A stretch of DNA of 64,000 nucleotides from Candidatus Lustribacter sp. (GTDB lineage: Bacteria > Vulcanimicrobiota > Vulcanimicrobiia > Vulcanimicrobiales > Vulcanimicrobiaceae): the NCBI GenBank assembly GCA_965277805.1, contig OZ255842.1:1760001-1824000 (forward strand), read 5' to 3'. Shown here piece by piece: positions 58,130 to 64,000 of this stretch; within the stretch, counting starts at the first letter, position 1, and each line of letters starts with the position of its first letter. The notes below the pieces were generated by a model. It worked only from the letters and a program-made list of their open reading frames with translations, did no database searches and was not told the origin of the DNA. The translations under genes were made by a program, and so were the position numbers.

Positions 58130-58689
58130 CAGACCTCCATGATCTCTTTCTCTTTGCCGGCGACCAACTCGTCGATCTGCTTGACGAATTTGTCGGTGAG
58201 CTTCTGCACGTGGTCGCCGCCCCGCTTGACGCCGTCCTCGGTGATCTCGCCGCTCTTCTGCAGACCTTTGATCTCGTCGACGGCCTTGTGCCGGATGTTG
58301 CGCACCGCTACCTTGTGCTCTTCGGATTTCTTTTTGATCACCTTGACCAGATCTTTGCGGCGATCTTCGGTCAACGGCGGAATTGAGAGGCGGATGTGGG
58401 CGCCGTCGATGTTCGGATTCAACCCGAGGTCACTGGTTTCGATCGCCTTGCGGATCGCGCCGACCTGGTTCTTATCGAAGGCCGAGATCAACAGCGAGCG
58501 TCCGTCGGGCGAGCTGACGCTCGCGACTTGCTTGAGCGGCACTTGTGAACCGTACGCATCGACGTGAAGCCGGTCGAGCAGCGAGGGCGCGGCGCGGCCG
58601 GTGCGGATCGAGGCGAAATCACCGCGCGTCGCCTCCATCGCCTTGTTCATCTTCGCTTCGGTCTCTTTGTAGACGTCGTCCAGAGCCAT
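58129..58689 (-). CDS. frr: Ribosome recycling factor
   Basis: IRTGRA, DLGLNP, PPLTEDRR, KVAVRNIR, KEKEIMEV. Confidence 0.98.
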   Translation of the reverse strand: MALDDVYKETEAKMNKAMEATRGDFASIRTGRAAPSLLDRLHVDAYGSQVPLKQVASVSSPDGRSLLISAFDKNQVGAIRKAIETSDLGLNPNIDGAHIRLSIPPLTEDRRKDLVKVIKKKSEEHKVAVRNIRHKAVDEIKGLQKSGEITEDGVKRGGDHVQKLTDKFVKQIDELVAGKEKEIMEV

Positions 58690-58702
58690 GTTCCGCTTCT
58701 CC

Positions 58703-59446
58703 TCAGACTCGTTCGAGCGCGACGCGCGTAGAGTCGCTGCCGACGAGCGTACCGATCGGCTCGCCCATCACGACGCGGCGAATATTCCCCGGCGCGTTCA
58801 TATCGAAGACGATGATCGGGATGTCGTTGTCCATGCAGAGCGTCAAGGCGGTATTATCCATGACCTCGAGCCCGAGTTGCAGCACGTTGAGATAGTCGAC
58901 GTGCTCGAAGCGCGTGGCGGTCGGATCCTTGAACGGATCGGCCGAATACACGCCGTCGACCTTGGTGGCCTTGAGGATCGCTTGCGCGCCCATCTCGACC
59001 GCGCGCAGCGCCGCCGTCGTGTCGGTGGTGAAATACGGATTGCCGGTACCCGCCGCAAAGATCACGACGCGGCCCTTCTCCATATGGCGCATGGCGCGCC
59101 GGCGGATGTAGGGTTCGGCGATCTGATGCATCTCGATCGCGGTTTGCGTGCGGGCCGGAATGCCCAAACGCTCGATCGAGTCTTGCAGTGCCAGCGCGTT
59201 GATCACGGTGGCGAGCATGCCCATGTAGTCGGCGGTGGCACGTTCCATGCCGGCCGCTTCGTGGGGCTTGCCGCGCCAGATGTTGCCCCCGCCGACGACG
59301 ACCGCAATCGAGACGCCGTCGGCATGCACCGCGGCGATCTCCTTGGCCATGGTCGTGGTGGTGTCGACGTCAACGCTCCCGCCGCTCCCGGCGAACGCTT
59401 CGCCCGAGAGTTTCAGCAGAACGCGGCGGAAGGCGGGAGCCGGCAT
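58703..59446 (-). CDS. pyrH: UMP kinase
   Basis: [33 protein letters not shown]. Confidence 0.98.
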   Translation of the reverse strand: MPAPAFRRVLLKLSGEAFAGSGGSVDVDTTTTMAKEIAAVHADGVSIAVVVGGGNIWRGKPHEAAGMERATADYMGMLATVINALALQDSIERLGIPARTQTAIEMHQIAEPYIRRRAMRHMEKGRVVIFAAGTGNPYFTTDTTAALRAVEMGAQAILKATKVDGVYSADPFKDPTATRFEHVDYLNVLQLGLEVMDNTALTLCMDNDIPIIVFDMNAPGNIRRVVMGEPIGTLVGSDSTRVALERV

Positions 59447-59453
59447 CGGCGCG

Positions 59454-60056
59454 CTACTCGCCGAGTGCGAACTTGGCGAAGCGGCGAACGGACATCTTCT
59501 CGCCGAGCACGCTCGACACGCCGTTGACCAGCTCGCCGACCGTCATCGAGTCGTCCTTGACGAACGACTGCTCGAGCACCACGTGGTCCTCGAACCACTT
59601 ATTGAGCTTGCCTTCGACAATCTTCTCCGCGACCGCCGGCGGCTTGCCGTCGGGAACTTGCTTGACGAACTCCGCGCGCAGTTCGGCGACGGTTTCGGGC
59701 GGCACCGATTCGCGCGTGAGGTACGCCGCGGGCATCGCGGCAATGTGCATCGCGACGTCGCGCACGAGGTCCTTGAACTTGTCGTTGCGCGCGACGAAGT
59801 CGGTCTCGCAGTTGATCTCCACCAGCACGCCGACTTTGCCGCCGGTGTGGATGTAGGAGCCCACGAGGCCTTCGTTGGCGCTGCGCTCGGCCTTTTTCTC
59901 GGCCTTCGCTTGGCCTTGTTCTTGCAGCAACAGCTTCGCCTTGACGGCGTCGCCCTCGCTCTTCACGAGCGCGTTGCGGCAATCGATCATGCCCGCGCCC
60001 GTGTCGTCGCGCAGGCGTTTTACGTCGTCGGCGGTTGGTTTATACGTCGTTTGCAT
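59454..60056 (-). CDS. tsf: Elongation factor Ts (short form)
   Basis: [23 protein letters not shown]; 200 aa. Confidence 0.97.
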   Translation of the reverse strand: MQTTYKPTADDVKRLRDDTGAGMIDCRNALVKSEGDAVKAKLLLQEQGQAKAEKKAERSANEGLVGSYIHTGGKVGVLVEINCETDFVARNDKFKDLVRDVAMHIAAMPAAYLTRESVPPETVAELRAEFVKQVPDGKPPAVAEKIVEGKLNKWFEDHVVLEQSFVKDDSMTVGELVNGVSSVLGEKMSVRRFAKFALGE

Positions 60057-60062
60057 TCGTAT

Positions 60063-60830
60063 TTACGCGGGGACCGCATCCTCTTCGGGGGCTGCTGCGA
60101 CTTCGGCGTACTGCTCGTCGTACGCTTGCGCGTCGAACGACGATTCCGTTTCCGTCTTGCCCTCGATGATCGCATCGGCGATCTTGCCGACCATTAGGCG
60201 CACGGCGCGAATCGCGTCGTCGTTGCCCGGTATCGGGTAGTCGATCTCATCGGGATCGCAGTTCGTGTCGATCACGGCGATGATCGGGATGTGCAGCTTC
60301 TTGGCCTCAAGGACCGCGATGCGTTCCTTCTTCGGATCGACGATGAACATCGCGTCGGGCAGGCGGTGCATGTCTTTGATGCCGCCGAGGAAGCGCTCGA
60401 GCTTGTTCAGCTCTTCGGTCAGCTTCGAGACTTCTTTCTTGGGAAGCAGATCGAAGGTGCCTTGCTGGCGCATGCCTTCGAGCTCGCGCAGGCGCGCGAT
60501 ACGCTTCTGGATCGTCGCGAAGTTGGTCAGCGTGCCGCCGAGCCAGCGCTGGTTGACGAAGAACGTCCCGGCGCGTTCGGCTTCTTCTTTGACCACGTCT
60601 TGGGCTTGCTTCTTCGTGCCCACGAACAGAATGACGCGGCCTTCGCGTGACATCTGCCGCACGTCTTCGTAGACGTTGTTGAGCATCGCGAGCGTCTTGC
60701 CCAGGTCGATGATGTAGATGCCGTTCCGCTCTTGGAAGATGTACGGCTTCATCTTGGGGTTCCACCGGCGCGTCTGGTGGCCGAAATGGACGCCCGCCTC
60801 GAGCAGGGCGCGCATGGAAACAACGGACAT
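60063..60830 (-). CDS. rpsB: 30S ribosomal protein S2
   Basis: [37 protein letters not shown]. Confidence 0.99.
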   Translation of the reverse strand: MSVVSMRALLEAGVHFGHQTRRWNPKMKPYIFQERNGIYIIDLGKTLAMLNNVYEDVRQMSREGRVILFVGTKKQAQDVVKEEAERAGTFFVNQRWLGGTLTNFATIQKRIARLRELEGMRQQGTFDLLPKKEVSKLTEELNKLERFLGGIKDMHRLPDAMFIVDPKKERIAVLEAKKLHIPIIAVIDTNCDPDEIDYPIPGNDDAIRAVRLMVGKIADAIIEGKTETESSFDAQAYDEQYAEVAAAPEEDAVPA

Positions 60831-60958
60831 AATGGACCTCTCTGATGCCCCGCGAGGTGCCGTCCTGGCGATCGCGATCCGGGCTCATAGCACCCATCCT
60901 CCGGACGGGTGAAGTAGTCGGCCCGGGTTGACCCGGTCCCAACCCTCGGATTGTACCA
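60831..60958 (-). promoter_or_regulatory. rpsB extended -10 promoter and structured 5' leader (putative S2 autoregulatory element)
   Basis: TGGTACAAT at 60958-60950; leader hairpin CACCCGTCC-GGA-GGATGGGTG and a GGTGC/GCACC pair. Confidence 0.6.
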
Positions 60959-61031
60959 CGCACGGCCGCCCGTTTCCACCCATCCCGTACCCTATGCTTA
61001 TTTCGCTTAGCTAAACGAGCAGGCCGGGGGG

Positions 61032-63152
61032 CTACGTGCCGGGGCGGTAAAGCCAATCGGCTCCGACGCCGGCAGCCGCGGGCAACGGCACGTAGTCGCG
61101 CTCGCGCTGGAACCCGCGCTTGGGCGGCGTGCGCGCCTCGTACATGCCTCCACCGAGCAACTTCACGTTCCAGTGCTCCACGAAACGGCGAAAGTTGCGG
61201 CCCATCGTGCCATGGTAGTCGACGCGGTTGGCGAGAAACGTGACGCTGCCGAAGTGGTGAATGAACGAATCCTCACACAGCGCGATCTCGTAGCCCGCGG
61301 CGCGGATGCGCATGCAGTAATCGTCATCCTCGAAGTTTCCCGTGCCGTAGCCCGGATCGAGCCCACCGATCTCGTCCACGACGCGCCGGTCGAGACACAT
61401 GCAGAATCCGATCACCTGCGAGCGGTATTGCCAGCGGCCACGCTGTTCGATCGCCCGCTGCGCGGCGAAGGCCGGCATGTCGTCGAGACTGGTGTACGGC
61501 ACGTCGAGTTTTTGCGAACCGGCGCATTCATTGGTCCGCGGCGCGCTGCAGCCGACGGTCGGATGCCGCTGCTGAACGGCGATCAACGCCTCGAGCCAGC
61601 CGTCGGTGACGATCACATCGTTGTTCAGCAAGACGACGTGCGTTCCGCGCGCGGCGGCGAGGCCTTGGTTACAGCCGAAGGCGAACCCCGTATTGACCGC
61701 GTTGTAGATCACCCGTATCCCCGCAATCTTGGCTAACCGGCCGGTCGTTTCAAGACCGGAGCCGTTGTCGATGATGATGATCTCGTGCGGAACGCGTGTG
61801 TGTTCGCGAATCGAGGCAATCGCGATTTCCGTGTATTCGGGCGCGTTCCAGCTCAACATGACGATCGAAGCGAACGGCTCGCGCTGCACCGTGACCGGCG
61901 CCGGCAGCGGGTTGCCGGGGCCGGTTTTCGTCGCTTTTCGGGACACGTACGCCACCCGGCGCCCGGCATCGACGATCGCGCGCATCCACGCGGCGAGCGC
62001 GGCATCGAAGGACGTGCTCGGCTTGATCCGCAGATGCTGCGGAATGCGGTGCGGCACGACGAGCAGGCAACGCCCATCCGGCGAATCCGCCAGCGTCGCG
62101 GCTGCCACGTCGGGGCCGCCCTCGACCGCATTCACCAACTCGTTGAGCCAGTCGCCTGCCAGCACCGTATCGCTGCGGATGAACGCCACATAGTCGGGGC
62201 CGCGCAGCTCGGTCATCTCGCGCGCTGCCCGCACGGCATCGGCTTCGGCCGCATACGCGGCGGACGCCGGTTTCATGCGCGAACTCGAGAGCGCGTTCAC
62301 GAACGCGTCTGACGGCGGCTCGCCGTGCACGAGAACCGAAACCGGCGGGACCGGTATCCGTTCCGCAAAGACACCGTCGACGAAGTATTCGCGCCGCACG
62401 ATCATGCCCATCAGCTCGGGCCAGAAATTCTCGTGATACTCGACGCGTGCTTTCCAGCGCTCGTTGAAGGCACGTTCGCGCCGCACGTCTTCATCGTCCG
62501 GTTCGGGTGCCGCAGCGATCCGCCTGACGCGCGCGCCCGGTTCGAGGAACACGCGGCGTCCGGTTTCGCGGGCGCGCAAACAGTAATCGATGCTTTCGTA
62601 CTCGCTGCCGAACGTCTCTGCGAACCCGCCGAGTTCATCGAACGTCCGGCGGCCGGTGACCAAACAATCGCTGGGCAGTGCGTCACATTCGATCCGGGCT
62701 TGGGCGCCGGAAATGACCTGGAAATCAAAACCGCGCTCGACCTCCGGAACCGCACAGACGATCATGCCGCAAATCTCGTTCGTCCCGTCTTCGGCGCTTA
62801 CGCACGGACCGACGACGCCGGAGCCGGTTTCGTCCAGCGCCCTCAGCAGCGCGCCGAGCGTCCCCGGCGTGCTGAATTCGGCGCCGTTCACGAATACGAG
62901 CCGCTCGCTTGCGACCTGACGGGCACCGGCGTTGGCGGCCGCACCAAAGGTCGCGCCGGGTCCCGACTCGACGACCGCGACACCGAGCGGTGCGCAAAAT
63001 GCGCGCGCTGCATCGGGATCGGCCGCGCCGAACGTCACAGCGACGACCGCGGCGCCCGCCGCTTCCGCCGCGCCGGCGATCGAGCGGAACGCAGCCGCTT
63101 CGCCCGCACCGGTACGGGACAGAGTAAATACGACGGCGGTCAACATCGTCAC
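61032..63152 (-). CDS. Multi-domain GT2 glycosyltransferase, paralog of 53191-55158
   Basis: SIVMLSWNAPEYTE, IDNGS, NTGFAFGCNQG, LNNDV, GNFEDDDY. Confidence 0.88.
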   Translation of the reverse strand: MTMLTAVVFTLSRTGAGEAAAFRSIAGAAEAAGAAVVAVTFGAADPDAARAFCAPLGVAVVESGPGATFGAAANAGARQVASERLVFVNGAEFSTPGTLGALLRALDETGSGVVGPCVSAEDGTNEICGMIVCAVPEVERGFDFQVISGAQARIECDALPSDCLVTGRRTFDELGGFAETFGSEYESIDYCLRARETGRRVFLEPGARVRRIAAAPEPDDEDVRRERAFNERWKARVEYHENFWPELMGMIVRREYFVDGVFAERIPVPPVSVLVHGEPPSDAFVNALSSSRMKPASAAYAAEADAVRAAREMTELRGPDYVAFIRSDTVLAGDWLNELVNAVEGGPDVAAATLADSPDGRCLLVVPHRIPQHLRIKPSTSFDAALAAWMRAIVDAGRRVAYVSRKATKTGPGNPLPAPVTVQREPFASIVMLSWNAPEYTEIAIASIREHTRVPHEIIIIDNGSGLETTGRLAKIAGIRVIYNAVNTGFAFGCNQGLAAARGTHVVLLNNDVIVTDGWLEALIAVQQRHPTVGCSAPRTNECAGSQKLDVPYTSLDDMPAFAAQRAIEQRGRWQYRSQVIGFCMCLDRRVVDEIGGLDPGYGTGNFEDDDYCMRIRAAGYEIALCEDSFIHHFGSVTFLANRVDYHGTMGRNFRRFVEHWNVKLLGGGMYEARTPPKRGFQRERDYVPLPAAAGVGADWLYRPGT

Positions 63153-63213
63153 GGCGCCGTCTTCGCGTCACGGGGTGCCGGGTTCCCCGCCGTTCTGCCG
63201 ATAATACTGAATA

Positions 63214-63975
63214 ATGGAGCTATACGCCGGCAGGACGGCTGCCACGACCTACGTGTGGCAATTACTTACCGAAAACCGCAAGCCGGGTGACGACGGATAC
63301 TTCGAGCACGTGCGCTCCGAGTTGCTCGACCTCTTCGAGCACGCGCCCCGGCTGTTCGTCGACATCGGTTGCGGAACCGGCGTCACGGCGCGCGAAGCGA
63401 AGCGGCGTTTTCCCGGCGCGGTCGTCGACGGCTTCGAATTCTCGGCGGCGGCCGCCGCCGTGGCCGCGACGCACCTCGATCACGTGCACCAGGGCAACGT
63501 CGAGGAGATGGATTTCGCGCGGCTCGGCTATGCGCCGCAGTCGATCGATGGTCTGCTCCTCGCCGACGTGCTCGAGCATCTCTACAACCCGTGGAACCTG
63601 CTGGTTCGCCTGCGGCCGTTCCTCACTCCGAACGCACAGATCGTCGCGTCGATCCCCAACGCACGCAATCTCGTTCTGCTCAACGATCTGGCCAATGGGA
63701 AATTCAGCTACGAACCGGCGGGCTTGCTCGACGTAACGCACATTCGCTTCTTCACGCTCAGCGAGATCCACAAGATGTTCGCCGAGACCGGCTATGACAT
63801 CGTCGGCGTTACCGGTTGTCTCGATCCGCGCATCGGTTCATTCGAGCCGGTCACCGCACCGGTCAACCTGGAACTCGACGCCATAACGCTCAAGAACGTC
63901 GATGATGCAAAGCTCGCCGAACTAGCCACGATTCAGTTCTACGTACGCGTGCGGCCCGGGGCGCCGACGAAGTAG
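63214..63975 (+). CDS. Class I SAM methyltransferase (glycan-associated type)
   Basis: VDIGCGTG, ADVLEHLYNPW, ASIPN, GLLDVTHIRFFT; start uncertain. Confidence 0.88.
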   Translation: MELYAGRTAATTYVWQLLTENRKPGDDGYFEHVRSELLDLFEHAPRLFVDIGCGTGVTAREAKRRFPGAVVDGFEFSAAAAAVAATHLDHVHQGNVEEMDFARLGYAPQSIDGLLLADVLEHLYNPWNLLVRLRPFLTPNAQIVASIPNARNLVLLNDLANGKFSYEPAGLLDVTHIRFFTLSEIHKMFAETGYDIVGVTGCLDPRIGSFEPVTAPVNLELDAITLKNVDDAKLAELATIQFYVRVRPGAPTK

Positions 63976-64000
63976 ATATCGAGCAGCGCCAATGCTACGA

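Noticed and set aside
1-64000. tRNA, rRNA, CRISPR arrays, transposases, integrases
   Set aside because: None recognised; the intergenic gaps are short and accounted for

Overview
High-GC bacterial chromosome segment. The gene content (short EF-Ts, archaeal/eukaryote-type ProRS, Amj, Thr/Pro-rich lipoproteins) suggests Ca. Eremiobacterota/WPS-2 or a similar Terrabacteria lineage; this is an inference. Core genes: rpmE-prfA-prmC, glpX, a two-subunit nadE with cinA, proS, and rpsB-tsf-pyrH-frr-uppS-cdsA-dxr ... rseP-ispG. Accessory highlights: (1) a ~16.6 kb glycan island that interrupts the normally contiguous dxr-rseP junction, encoding a nearly cysteine-free NifU-like protein, a radical SAM/SPASM enzyme, GmhA, a domain-swapped HldE-like enzyme, a stand-alone TPP E1 alpha/beta pair, two DegT aminotransferases, two SDR epimerases and three GT2 proteins, with a further GT2 paralog and a methyltransferase on the far side of rpsB; (2) a translationally coupled luxE/luxC-like + class III aminotransferase + Gfo/Idh/MocA operon with no luxAB or luxD; (3) two tandem lipoproteins sharing an unnamed N-terminal beta-rich domain with different cargoes, one a phospholipase D with a degenerate second HKD motif; (4) REP-like palindromic elements, one supplying a gene's stop codon; (5) a possible hydroxycinnamate (FerA/FerB-like) catabolic pair. 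I saw no rRNA, tRNA, CRISPR array or transposase. Family calls come from recognising motifs by eye; no database search was run.
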